A stretch of 60,360 bases of DNA from Myxococcales bacterium. GTDB lineage: Bacteria > Myxococcota_A > UBA9042. Every line of letters begins with the position of its first letter. Positions within the stretch are counted from its first letter, which is position 1. The notes under the pieces were generated by a model. It searched no databases and had not been told where the DNA came from. It saw only the letters and a list, made by a program, of their open reading frames with translations. This document shows positions 29,801 through 37,984 of the stretch, piece by piece. The stretch spans positions 1 to 60,360 of the forward strand of contig JBBISH010000025.1 in assembly GCA_037441385.1 (NCBI GenBank), in the 5' to 3' direction. The position numbers were made by a program, and so were the translations under genes.

Positions 29801-29968
29801 TCGGGATTCAACGTGAGCAACTGGTACAGCGTCTCGTTCGATCTGGCCGCGTACAAGGGCCAAGAGGTGCAGGTGCAGTTCGTTTTCAACACCGGCGACA
29901 GCGTGGGCAACAGCGGCAAGGGCGTCTTTATCGACAACCTGAAGCTGACCACCAACTGCGGCGGCTAG
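26801..29968 (+). CDS. Giant Cys-rich lipoprotein, paralog 1: D/T stalk, three MAM/cleaved-adhesin-like jelly-roll domains, CC..CDD.N.CT.D.C spacers
   Basis: AAGGAG RBS; lipobox 'LSGC'; domains end GAYIDDV, GIYIDDV, GVFIDNL. Confidence 0.88.
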   Translation: MTQFGQPGNPQAAPRTFAAILRRVAGVSLFALALSGCGDTLVQANDAASDSQVGDDAAGSDTKTDATKVDAVTADSKPSDTVQTDTQVADSPDSQPLDGVDDTTADTQADTLPDTQADAAELDTGDTEQVDTGVVDVVQPDSTPDTVTPIVPGVFSTACSSASDCANSCAIGATCDAGTCKYTVKSNACLFDLGGGQVECMAVGDISTKKPCLACQMGPKSAAVTSNLWLKRLDGPGEGVDIVDIFKTGLTWNFSKARSISGGASLYFGDPAKATYNNNKQVGGTATLPSVQVPNKPGLLPKLNFWLWLSTEKAVGDDLLTVRVLGGETPVKVWTSDAIGGSTGGVWQRISIELKDYVGQTVQFQFAFETKDGIANAYEGAYIDDVAISTGCCASTAECDDGDACSADLCQDGEGGMPVCSHSAKANCCSTNGQCDDGKPCTLDLCSGPGGTCSHSDVPNCCLADSDCNDQNDCTLDKCPAAGGSCSHLNTCCKTDGECTVNDPCKKGICATGICAEVNLCCAFDSECDDQNPCTGDACDKGKCLHTALAVPGCCAPSLLNATFAGSDEGFTTTSTKPELGWTYQDLANAHSAPGALHMGNLSAATMSVPNNPTWKVTAISSPFTVLAGMETTLTFWAFAPSSAYSSYSLRAYSVIDGTEVTYANISGFTLANTWKQYTFDLTPMGGKSFDVRFEYKPSSTSGTTTGPGIYIDDVSVSSTCKAKVCSSAANCPVTGLTCLTGVCSNGTCSYANNCCTGPSDCNDNNLCTTDSCGSSKLCSFAPIKGCCMGPGDCNDNNACTEDVCPGPGGQCNNPAIPGCCLSSAQCDDKNACTVDSCVSNKCVNQNSCCTTDKDCADGETTCTIDKCVSSKCAHTPTGAPGCCQPDVWTNDFDGGDIKGITLTNSAGATKGWQLTTAQPSGIAKTAPGVLYYGDTSTGNFDFGATNGTATTPKVLLPADTPSKLTFDLYMDTESGTSYDNLTVTVVVGTQKLTAFTKNASGFNVSNWYSVSFDLAAYKGQEVQVQFVFNTGDSVGNSGKGVFIDNLKLTTNCGG

Positions 29969-30020
29969 GGCAGCGTACGACCCCAAGTGCCGGCGGATTC
30001 GCCGGACCGAGCAGGCAGAC

Positions 30021-32255
30021 ATGGCGCTAGAAGACATGGCATTCCAGGCGATGGCGACAACCGGGCTGGCGCGGCAGCGAACGGCCGGCCTCGTGCAGTT
30101 TTGTGGTGGGCTGGCCTTGGCGCTGGCGGTACTCCTGGGCGCGCCGGCTTGTTCCAGCCCCGGGCCGGCCGCCACCAAGGACGGCGGCAAGACGGACGTT
30201 CCGGGGCAAGATGCCAGCGACTCGGGCGCCACCGACACCGAGATCACCAGCGACATCGAAGCCGAACTGCCCGACACCGAAGACATCGCCGACGTCCAAG
30301 ACGCGCTCGACGAGATCTTGGTCGACGTGGCCGAGGTCGAGCAAGACGTCCCGGTGGCCGAAATCGACACCCAGCCCGTCGATACCGCTCAGTGCGGCAC
30401 GGCGACCGACTGCGCCGGAGTGCTGACCCTGCTGCCCTGCCAAGACGCCATTTGCGACCTGGGCACGTGCAAGCCGGTGCCCAAGCCGTTTCCGAGCTGC
30501 TGCAACAGCGCCGCCTGCAACGACAAAGACGAGTGCACCCAAGACGTTTGCGACGCCGTCACCTCGCAGTGCGTCAATAAGGTCGACCCCAACTGCTGCT
30601 CGGGCAAGCTGACGTTGCTCAAGACTGGCTTTGAAGCGGGCGGCTTTGACGGGCTCAAAGCGGTCGAAGGGCCCACCAACGGCAGCGTCATGTGGCACCC
30701 GACCGAGCACCGCGCCCACAACGGTTCGGGCAGCCTCTACTTTGGCAACGAGTGCTACAGCTACGACACCAGCGCGAGCCAAGAAGATGGCTGCAAGCCC
30801 AAGCCGGGCGTGGAGCCGGCCGCCGTGCAGACCTCTTTGGTTACGCCGGACTACGTGTTGCCTGTGGGCTCGACCGCCCACTTGGTGTTCTGGCTTTGGC
30901 TCGACGCCGAGCCGCCCTACAGCGCCAGCTTCCCGGCCGGCACCTGCAAACCCACCTGCCCGCAGGGGTCTTCTTGCGTGGTGGTCAACGGCGCGGCGCA
31001 ATGCTTGGTCGAAAAAGACGTCCTGTCGGTCGCCGTGGTCGAAGCGGCCAAAACCACCCCGCTGTTCTGGTCCACCCAAATCGGCAAGACCACCGGCGGC
31101 ACCTGGAAGCGCGTGGCGCTCGACGTCTCGGCCTGGGCCGGCAAGACGATCAAGCTGCAGTGGCAGTTCCAGACCGGCACCGGCATCAAGAATAACTACG
31201 AGGGCATCTACCTGGACGATGTGGTCATCGAGACGGTGTGCAGCCAGCTGGTGTGCGAAGGCAACGCCACCTGCAAAGACGACGGCAACACCTGCACCAC
31301 CGAAGCCTGCGTCACCTACAGCAACGGCAGCGGCGCCGGCGCCTGCCTGTTCGACAAGATCCCGGGCTGCTGTGCGCAAGACAGCGAGTGCGACGATGCC
31401 AACACGTGCACCGTGGACACCTGCAACAACGGCCAGTGCCAGAACAAGCCCGATGCCAGCAAACCCAACTGCTGCAAACAGACCGTCTCGCTGTACGACG
31501 GCTTCGACGCCGGCAACATGGAAGGCTGGACGGCCCAACAGCAGAACTCGGCGTTGGTCGGTTGGCACGCGGTGCCCACCGGCGGCGTCACGGGCGGCGC
31601 GCTGGCGTTCTCGGACCAAAGCGGCGACAGCTATGCCGATCCCGAGCTCACCGGCGATACCGGCCCCAAGGGTTTGGTGTGCTCGACTCCGCTGACGCTG
31701 AAGCAGGGCTCCGTGTACAATCTGCTGACGTTCCAGCTCAAGCTAGAGACCGAGTGGTCGGGCTACCCGGCTGCGGACTACAAGAATCCGCCCGTGGACG
31801 GCTTGCCCAAGTACGACTGGTTCACAGTCCAAGTCTTGGAACAGGGCGCGGCCAAGGTGGTCTGGAGCAGCGACTTGGTCTATGGCACCACCGGCGGGCT
31901 CTGGCAGCCGGTCACCGTGCCGCTGGATGCCTGGCAAGGCAAGACCGTGCAGATTTGCCTTGGTTTTGACGCTGCCGACAGCAACAAGAACAACTTTGCC
32001 GGACCAATGGTGGACGAACTGGCCTTGAAAGTGGCTTGCAGCAAGCAAGCCTGCTACTTGGACAGCGAATGCGACGCGCTGACCTGCAGCACCTGCCAAA
32101 AGGCCATCTGCGACCCCAGTGTAGGCTGTGGCTGCCAGGCCGTGGTGGGCTGCTGCCTCAAAGACAGCGAGTGCGACGACGGCAACGTCTGCACCACCGA
32201 TACCTGCAAGACCAGCGCCTGCGCCCACGACCCGATTCCGGACTGCAAGCCGTAG
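30021..32255 (+). CDS. Cys-rich lipoprotein, paralog 2: two jelly-roll domains
   Basis: Lipobox-like 'GAPAC'; acidic stalk; domains end GIYLDDV and GPMVDEL; start could be 30036 or 30051. Confidence 0.88.
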   Translation: MALEDMAFQAMATTGLARQRTAGLVQFCGGLALALAVLLGAPACSSPGPAATKDGGKTDVPGQDASDSGATDTEITSDIEAELPDTEDIADVQDALDEILVDVAEVEQDVPVAEIDTQPVDTAQCGTATDCAGVLTLLPCQDAICDLGTCKPVPKPFPSCCNSAACNDKDECTQDVCDAVTSQCVNKVDPNCCSGKLTLLKTGFEAGGFDGLKAVEGPTNGSVMWHPTEHRAHNGSGSLYFGNECYSYDTSASQEDGCKPKPGVEPAAVQTSLVTPDYVLPVGSTAHLVFWLWLDAEPPYSASFPAGTCKPTCPQGSSCVVVNGAAQCLVEKDVLSVAVVEAAKTTPLFWSTQIGKTTGGTWKRVALDVSAWAGKTIKLQWQFQTGTGIKNNYEGIYLDDVVIETVCSQLVCEGNATCKDDGNTCTTEACVTYSNGSGAGACLFDKIPGCCAQDSECDDANTCTVDTCNNGQCQNKPDASKPNCCKQTVSLYDGFDAGNMEGWTAQQQNSALVGWHAVPTGGVTGGALAFSDQSGDSYADPELTGDTGPKGLVCSTPLTLKQGSVYNLLTFQLKLETEWSGYPAADYKNPPVDGLPKYDWFTVQVLEQGAAKVVWSSDLVYGTTGGLWQPVTVPLDAWQGKTVQICLGFDAADSNKNNFAGPMVDELALKVACSKQACYLDSECDALTCSTCQKAICDPSVGCGCQAVVGCCLKDSECDDGNVCTTDTCKTSACAHDPIPDCKP

Positions 32256-32276
32256 TCGCGGACCATGCTCGTTGCG

Positions 32277-32305
32277 TTGCAGGTTTGCGGCGCGCAAGGT
32301 AGACT
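32277..32305 (+). promoter_or_regulatory. Putative sigma70 promoter
   Basis: TTGCAG-N17-TAGACT in the 169-bp gap before paralog 3. Confidence 0.55.
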
Positions 32306-32424
32306 TTGAGCGAATCAGGCTCGGTCGGCTGCGCGTGCGCAGGAGCGACAGGGCGGCAGCAATCGACCCCGATCCCCGCAGCCGAACCCAACCGACTTGA
32401 CGTGCCCGTGGTGGCGGAGGGCTT

Positions 32425-35400
32425 ATGCGACAGATGAAAGCGTGTACTTGGTGGATTGCCCTGGCGGTGATCGCCAGCCTGATGACGGCCGCCGGCTGCG
32501 GCAGCGACACCAAACCCACGACCACCGACGTCAAGAAGACCGACACGGCCCCCGACACGAGCGACCCTGGTAGCGACACCAGCGACCCCGTAGACACCAA
32601 AGCCGACGAGGTTGTGCCCGACAGCACGACCACGGACGTGCCGGGCAAGCCCGATGCCAGCGACACCACCCAGACGCTTTGCACCGACGACTACTGCTTC
32701 AAGCAGCTGAGTTCCACGCTCAAGCTTTGCGAAGAAGCCAAGTGCGACACCTTGAGCAACACCTGCAAGGCCCAACCCAAGTCCGGCTTCTGCTGCGATG
32801 ACACGGTCTGCGACGACAACAACCCGTCGACCATCGACAAGTGCAACCCGGACACCGCCAAGTGCGAGTACAAGGCCAAGGCGGGCGCCTGCGAGTCGCA
32901 CCTGTTCATGCTGCAAACCTACTTTGAGCAGGGGCAGTTGGAAGGCTTCCAGACTACCGAAGGCGCCACCAACGGCAACGTCAAGTGGCACGTGGACAAC
33001 AAGCGCTCGCACAGCGGCAAGTCGGCGCTGTACTTTGGCAACGAGTGCTACACCTACGATGCGTCGATGACGGCCAGCACCTCGTGCACCGGCGGCGGCA
33101 CCGGCGGCGCCATCTCGACCACGCTGAAGGCCCCGTCGGTCACCCTGCCCAAGGGCAAGCAGAGCATGCTGCACTTCTGGCTGTGGCTGGCGGCCGAGCC
33201 GACCTACCTGGCGGCCGGCTCGACCAAGGGTACCTGCTCGGGCTGCGGCACCGACTTCTCGTGCATCGTCAACGACGGCATCAGCGTCTGCGCCCCCGAA
33301 AAGGACATCCTCAAGGTCAAGGTCAACGGCGAAGAAGCATGGAATTCGATGTCGATCGGCAAGACCACGGGCGGCCAGTGGACGCACGTGGCCCTGGACC
33401 TGGCCAAGTACACCGGCAACGCCGCCACCCTGACCTGGGAGTTCAAGACCAACAACGGCCTGAAGAACAACTTTGAAGGCATCTACCTGGACGACATCGT
33501 CGTCGAGACGGTCTGCGACGAGCCGGGCAACAGCATCCTGTGCGACAGCACCACCCCCTGCAAGGCCGACGCCAGCCCGTGCACCGCCGACGGCTGCACC
33601 AAGTTCTCGAACAACGCCAGCGGCAGCGGCATCTGCTTCTTCGATCAGACCCCGGGCTGCTGCGTCGGCGTCATCGACTGCGACGACCTGAACGACTGCA
33701 CCAAGGACAGCTGCACCAAGGCCACCGGCGCCGACCAGGGCGTGTGCAAGAACGTGCCCAATGCCGACAACGCCCAGTGCTGCCAGCCGTCGAACTACCT
33801 GACCGAAGGCTTCGAAAACGGCCTCTCGACCTGGACCACCGCGGCCAGCAACAGTCAGGTGGTGACTTGGCAGAAGAACCCGTCCGGCGGCCTGAACGGC
33901 ACCGCCAGCCTGTACTTTGGCGACGCCAGCTTCAGCGGCTACGACGACCCGGCGGTGATGCCCAAGGGCAAGGGGCCGGCCGGCATCATCTGCAGCAAGT
34001 CGATCGCACTCAAGACTGGTACCATCTACAACTTGGCGCAGTTCCAGCTGAATATGGCGACGGAATGGGACGGCAAAGACAAAGCGTCGTTCAAGAATCC
34101 GCCGGATCTGCCGGCAGGCGCGCCGCCCGAGGCCACCACCCAGAAGGTCGATGAGCTGAAGCTGCTCCTCAAGATCGCCGGCCAGTACTGCGGCGCCAGC
34201 GAGTGCAAGGCCCCCGGCAGCGCGCTGCCCGACGGCCTGTGGACCTCGGACATGATCCAGGGCACCACCGACGGCAAGTGGCTGCCGGTCGCGGTCAAGC
34301 TGGACAAGTACGCCGGCAAAGAAGTGCAGATCTGCTTCTCGTTCGACGCGGGCGACAACATCGCCAACAAGTTCAAGGGCGTGAGCATCGACGACGTCAA
34401 GGTTGACGTGGCCTGCAAAGAGGCGACCTGCCTGTACGACGCGATGTGCGCCGCGCAGTGCAACGCCTGCCAGACCGCGCAGTGCCTGCCCGACGGCTCG
34501 TGCGCCTGCAACCAAATTCAGGACTGCTGCGTCACTTCGGGCGATTGCGATGACAACGACAGCTGCACCGGCGACACCTGCGTGGGCAAGACCTGCGTTC
34601 ACGCGCTCAAGACGCCCACCTGCTGCAGCAACAAGACCGCGTTCAAGGAAGATCTGAGCAAGATCAGCGGCGCCATGCCCACCGGCTGGAAGGCTACGGC
34701 CCTGACGGGCGTGCCGCCCTACGGCGCCGGCGCGGTCTACAGCAAGCTGGCCACCTGGAGCGTCACCACCGCCAAGTCGCCCAGCGGCAGCGGCTACTCC
34801 TTCAATTTCGGAATCAACGGCGTGACCTACAACACCGGCAACGAAGTGCCGGGCGGTCTGCTGCGCTCGGGCGATTTGGCCATCCCCGCCAACGGCACCG
34901 GCATCCTGACCTTCAAGCTGCTGCTCAGCACCGAATGGGACTCGGCCGCCAGCCCGCCCAGCAAGGTGTTTGGCAGCACGGGCGTCTACACCGACCGCCT
35001 GCGCGTGGGCCTGTACGACCCGAACGAGAAGGATCCGGCCAAGAACACCGCGTGGATCTGGTCCAGCTTTGACATCGACGGCACCACCGGCGGCAAGTGG
35101 CGCGATGTGGTGGTGGCGATTCCGCCAGCGTGGATGGGCAAGACCGCCCGCCTGCAGTTCGAATTCGACGGCGGCACCACCGCCAACAACAATTTCCCCG
35201 GCCCGTTCCTGGCCGACATCAGCCTGCCGGTGGTCTGCGAGAAGCCCGCTTGCCTGGCGGACGCGGACTGCGTCCCCAGCGGCACGCCCGACGCCTGCAA
35301 GACCTACTTGTGCACCAAGGATCCCAACGCGCTGCTGTTCTCGTGCGGCAGCACCTTCAAGCCAGGCCCCACCTGCTGCCAGCCCGGCACGCCGCTTGCG

Positions 35401-35937
35401 ACCGAGCCCTTCGAAGGCGGCGACCTGTCCAAGAGCGCCTGGGTGGCCGGCGATCCCAGCGGCCCGGTCAACTGGCAGGTGATCCCGCATAAGTACCTGG
35501 GCGGCAAGTTCGAACTGTACTTTGGCAACCCCGCGGCCAGCCCGCTGAACTACGCCAACGGCAGCAAGGCCGTCAGCGGCGTGCTCGATCTCGCCAAGTC
35601 GCTGGAGCTCTCGAGCGACCTGAGCAAGGGCGCCTACCTGACCTTCAAGATGCTGCTCGACGTAGAGAAGACGCCGCCCGAGCACTTCCAGGTGCGCGTC
35701 ACCGTGCCCGGCACCGCCATCAAGAACGAGGTCATTTGGGACCATACCAATCCCAAGGACTTCAACCCGGCGGTCGAGATGAAGGTCGTGGTCGAAAAGA
35801 AGCTCGACCTGTCGGCCTACAAGGGCAAGGGCGCGATCAGCATCAACTTCTACTTCGATTCGGGCGACGGTCTGAAGAATGACCAGTACCAGGGCATCTT
35901 CCTGGACGACATCGCCATTCAAGAACCCTGCCTGTAA
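32425..35937 (+). CDS. Giant Cys-rich lipoprotein, paralog 3: four jelly-roll domains
   Basis: GGAGG RBS; lipobox 'AAGC'; D/T/P stalk; domains end GIYLDDI, GVSIDDV, GPFLADI, GIFLDDI. Confidence 0.88.
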   Translation: MRQMKACTWWIALAVIASLMTAAGCGSDTKPTTTDVKKTDTAPDTSDPGSDTSDPVDTKADEVVPDSTTTDVPGKPDASDTTQTLCTDDYCFKQLSSTLKLCEEAKCDTLSNTCKAQPKSGFCCDDTVCDDNNPSTIDKCNPDTAKCEYKAKAGACESHLFMLQTYFEQGQLEGFQTTEGATNGNVKWHVDNKRSHSGKSALYFGNECYTYDASMTASTSCTGGGTGGAISTTLKAPSVTLPKGKQSMLHFWLWLAAEPTYLAAGSTKGTCSGCGTDFSCIVNDGISVCAPEKDILKVKVNGEEAWNSMSIGKTTGGQWTHVALDLAKYTGNAATLTWEFKTNNGLKNNFEGIYLDDIVVETVCDEPGNSILCDSTTPCKADASPCTADGCTKFSNNASGSGICFFDQTPGCCVGVIDCDDLNDCTKDSCTKATGADQGVCKNVPNADNAQCCQPSNYLTEGFENGLSTWTTAASNSQVVTWQKNPSGGLNGTASLYFGDASFSGYDDPAVMPKGKGPAGIICSKSIALKTGTIYNLAQFQLNMATEWDGKDKASFKNPPDLPAGAPPEATTQKVDELKLLLKIAGQYCGASECKAPGSALPDGLWTSDMIQGTTDGKWLPVAVKLDKYAGKEVQICFSFDAGDNIANKFKGVSIDDVKVDVACKEATCLYDAMCAAQCNACQTAQCLPDGSCACNQIQDCCVTSGDCDDNDSCTGDTCVGKTCVHALKTPTCCSNKTAFKEDLSKISGAMPTGWKATALTGVPPYGAGAVYSKLATWSVTTAKSPSGSGYSFNFGINGVTYNTGNEVPGGLLRSGDLAIPANGTGILTFKLLLSTEWDSAASPPSKVFGSTGVYTDRLRVGLYDPNEKDPAKNTAWIWSSFDIDGTTGGKWRDVVVAIPPAWMGKTARLQFEFDGGTTANNNFPGPFLADISLPVVCEKPACLADADCVPSGTPDACKTYLCTKDPNALLFSCGSTFKPGPTCCQPGTPLATEPFEGGDLSKSAWVAGDPSGPVNWQVIPHKYLGGKFELYFGNPAASPLNYANGSKAVSGVLDLAKSLELSSDLSKGAYLTFKMLLDVEKTPPEHFQVRVTVPGTAIKNEVIWDHTNPKDFNPAVEMKVVVEKKLDLSAYKGKGAISINFYFDSGDGLKNDQYQGIFLDDIAIQEPCL

Positions 35938-35952
35938 GCCTGGAGGCTGTGG

Positions 35953-36867
35953 ATGCCCTCGCTATCGGACCGCAGCTCCAACGCCATGGCCTACGGGCGC
36001 ATGGTGGCGGTGGCGGTGGCGCTCTTGTTGTTGCTCGCCCTGATCGGCGGCATCGTGTGGTGGTACCAGCGCCAAGTGGAAGGCGAGCGCGTCCTCAAGA
36101 CCCGCTTTGACGATCCACAGGGGCAGGCCGGCTTGTCCACTTCGCGGGTGGCGGCACTGGGCGACCGCGCCGTGCCGACGCTGCTCGACGACCTGAAAGC
36201 ACCCGAAGGCGATCGCCGCTACAAGGCGATGGAATTGCTGGGGGCCATCGACGACCCGCGGGTCGTGCCGGCGCTGAGTCCGCTGCTGACCGACAAGGAC
36301 GTCAGTGTGCGCCTGGCCGGTGTGGCCGCGCTGGCGCGCACGGGCAAGCACGAAGCGGCCGAGAAGCTGTGGCCCCTGCTGCAAGGCCGCGACGATCTGG
36401 AGCGCCAGCGGGTGATTGTGGCGCTGGGCCTGGTGTGCACCGCCGAAGACTTTGACAAGCTGGAAGCGGCGGCCAAGGCAGCGCAAGGCTTTGACCGCAC
36501 GCTGCTCGCCTGGGCCCTGGGGCACGCACAGCGGCGCGAGGCCTCGCTGAAGGCGGGCCGCAAGGGCTACGTGCCGCCGGCGCCCGAGCCGGTCGACGAC
36601 GCCGACGCCACGCGCATCCACACCCAAACCGCCGAGACCCTGGCGCAAATCGATGCCGGCACGGATCTGCGGGCGGCCGGCCTGAAGTTGGCCGAGTTGA
36701 CCGATGTGAACACGGCCACCTGGGACATTGGCCACCAGATTGCCCTGCAGGTGTTGGCAGTGTCCGGTCCTGGCCAGTTCCGCAAAGCCCACGTCGCCGA
36801 GCCGCCCCCAGCCCAGGGCGGGCTGCAATTGCGCGGCACCGATCGCCTGCGGCCCAGCACTCCGTAG
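35953..36867 (+). CDS. Membrane-anchored HEAT-repeat protein
   Basis: GGAGG RBS; N-terminal TM helix; 'LGDRAVPTLLDDL', 'IDDPRVVPALSPLLTDKDVSVRLAGVAALAR'. Confidence 0.82.
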   Translation: MPSLSDRSSNAMAYGRMVAVAVALLLLLALIGGIVWWYQRQVEGERVLKTRFDDPQGQAGLSTSRVAALGDRAVPTLLDDLKAPEGDRRYKAMELLGAIDDPRVVPALSPLLTDKDVSVRLAGVAALARTGKHEAAEKLWPLLQGRDDLERQRVIVALGLVCTAEDFDKLEAAAKAAQGFDRTLLAWALGHAQRREASLKAGRKGYVPPAPEPVDDADATRIHTQTAETLAQIDAGTDLRAAGLKLAELTDVNTATWDIGHQIALQVLAVSGPGQFRKAHVAEPPPAQGGLQLRGTDRLRPSTP

Positions 36868-37076
36868 CTCAGCTGACCAGTGGACTGTTAAGTTGTGTTG
36901 CGTCTAGCCTAGCGCCTGCGCCGTTTGCCGGTCAGGCGGAATCCGCACAGGCGTGAGGTCGAGCCAATCCGTTTGGATCGGCTCGAAAAGCTCGGCAATT
37001 CTTTGGGCCTCAAGCGGGGTTTGTAGCAGGCTGGATTCGGAGCAGGCGGGCGCCGCCGCCCAGGGTGGTCGCAGAA

Positions 37077-37105
37077 TTGACACCCAAGAACTCCAGAAAT
37101 ATCGC
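37077..37105 (+). promoter_or_regulatory. Possible sigma70 promoter
   Basis: Perfect TTGACA, 17-bp spacer, imperfect TATCGC, in a lower-GC patch upstream of the regulator. Confidence 0.35.
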
Positions 37106-37248
37106 AAGGTTACAGATGGTTGAACATCGGCGTCGCTGATCCGTGAAGAAACATGAGAGGGGCGCGCTGCGCGCTGTTTCGCCGGGCGACTTGGCGCTAC
37201 ACTTTGTGCAAGGGGCTGCTCGCTTCGGGCCGTCCGTTGGGGGTTGCT

Positions 37249-37968
37249 GTGGCGCGCGTGCTCATCATCGACGACGACGTTCGACTTGGAGCCCTGCTCG
37301 AGAAGCTCTTGAAGCCCGATGGCTTTCAAGTCTCGATCGTGACCGACGGACTACAGGGCGCCAAGCGCGCCACGACCGAAGTGTTCGATTTGGTCGTCTT
37401 GGACGTGATGCTCCCCGGCATCGACGGCTACGAAGTGCTGCGCCGCGTGCGCGCCGTGTCCAAAGTGCCGGTGCTCATGCTCACCGCCAAGGGGACCGAA
37501 AACGACCGGATCGTAGGTCTGGAGCTTGGCGCGGACGACTACCTGCCCAAGCCCTTCAACCCGCGCGAATTGCTGGCGCGCATCAAGGCGGTCCTGCGGC
37601 GGACGGAAGCGACCGTGCCCGCCGCTCCGCAAGAGACGCTGACGGTCGGCGACCTGACGCTCGACGTGGCGCGCCGCGAGGTGGCGGTCGCGGGTCGCCT
37701 GGTGCAGCTCACCACAACGGAATTCGACATGCTGCGCTGCTTCATGCGCTATCCGGGCCAGACTTTGTCGCGCGACGCCCTGATGGACATGCTGCGGGGC
37801 GTCGGCTATGCGGCCTACGACCGCTCGATCGACGTGCACGTCAAGAACCTGCGCGCCAAGATCGAAGACGACACCCGCACCCCGCGCTACATCAAGACGA
37901 TCTGGGGCACGGGCTACATGCTGGCCGCCGAGTCGGTCGTTGGGGCCGAGGCCGCACGCGCACGCTAG
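37249..37968 (+). CDS. OmpR-family response regulator (CpxR-like)
   Basis: 'VLIIDDD', 'LDVMLP', 'MLTAKG', 'GADDYLPKPFNPRELLARIKAVLRR', 'DRSIDVHVKNLRAKIE..IKTIWGTGY'. Confidence 0.93.
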   Translation: MARVLIIDDDVRLGALLEKLLKPDGFQVSIVTDGLQGAKRATTEVFDLVVLDVMLPGIDGYEVLRRVRAVSKVPVLMLTAKGTENDRIVGLELGADDYLPKPFNPRELLARIKAVLRRTEATVPAAPQETLTVGDLTLDVARREVAVAGRLVQLTTTEFDMLRCFMRYPGQTLSRDALMDMLRGVGYAAYDRSIDVHVKNLRAKIEDDTRTPRYIKTIWGTGYMLAAESVVGAEAARAR

Positions 37969-37984
37969 TCGAGCGGGACCCACC

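Noticed and set aside
30690..33520. Repeated DNA blocks as diversity-generating retroelement template/variable repeats
   Set aside because: Differences are not adenine-specific, both copies are coding, and no reverse transcriptase is present; ordinary paralogy.
32158..35922. Very long antisense ORFs (1254 aa here; also 14195-16159, 28133-30370, 53494-55428 and others)
   Set aside because: Codon-aligned shadows of high-GC3 genes with no recognisable motifs.
36959..36990. Hairpin TCGAGCCAATCC-gttt-GGATCGGCTCGA as an intrinsic terminator
   Set aside because: Followed by an A-tract, not a U-tract, on the plus strand, with no U-tract after it on the minus strand; the hairpin is real but its function is unsupported.
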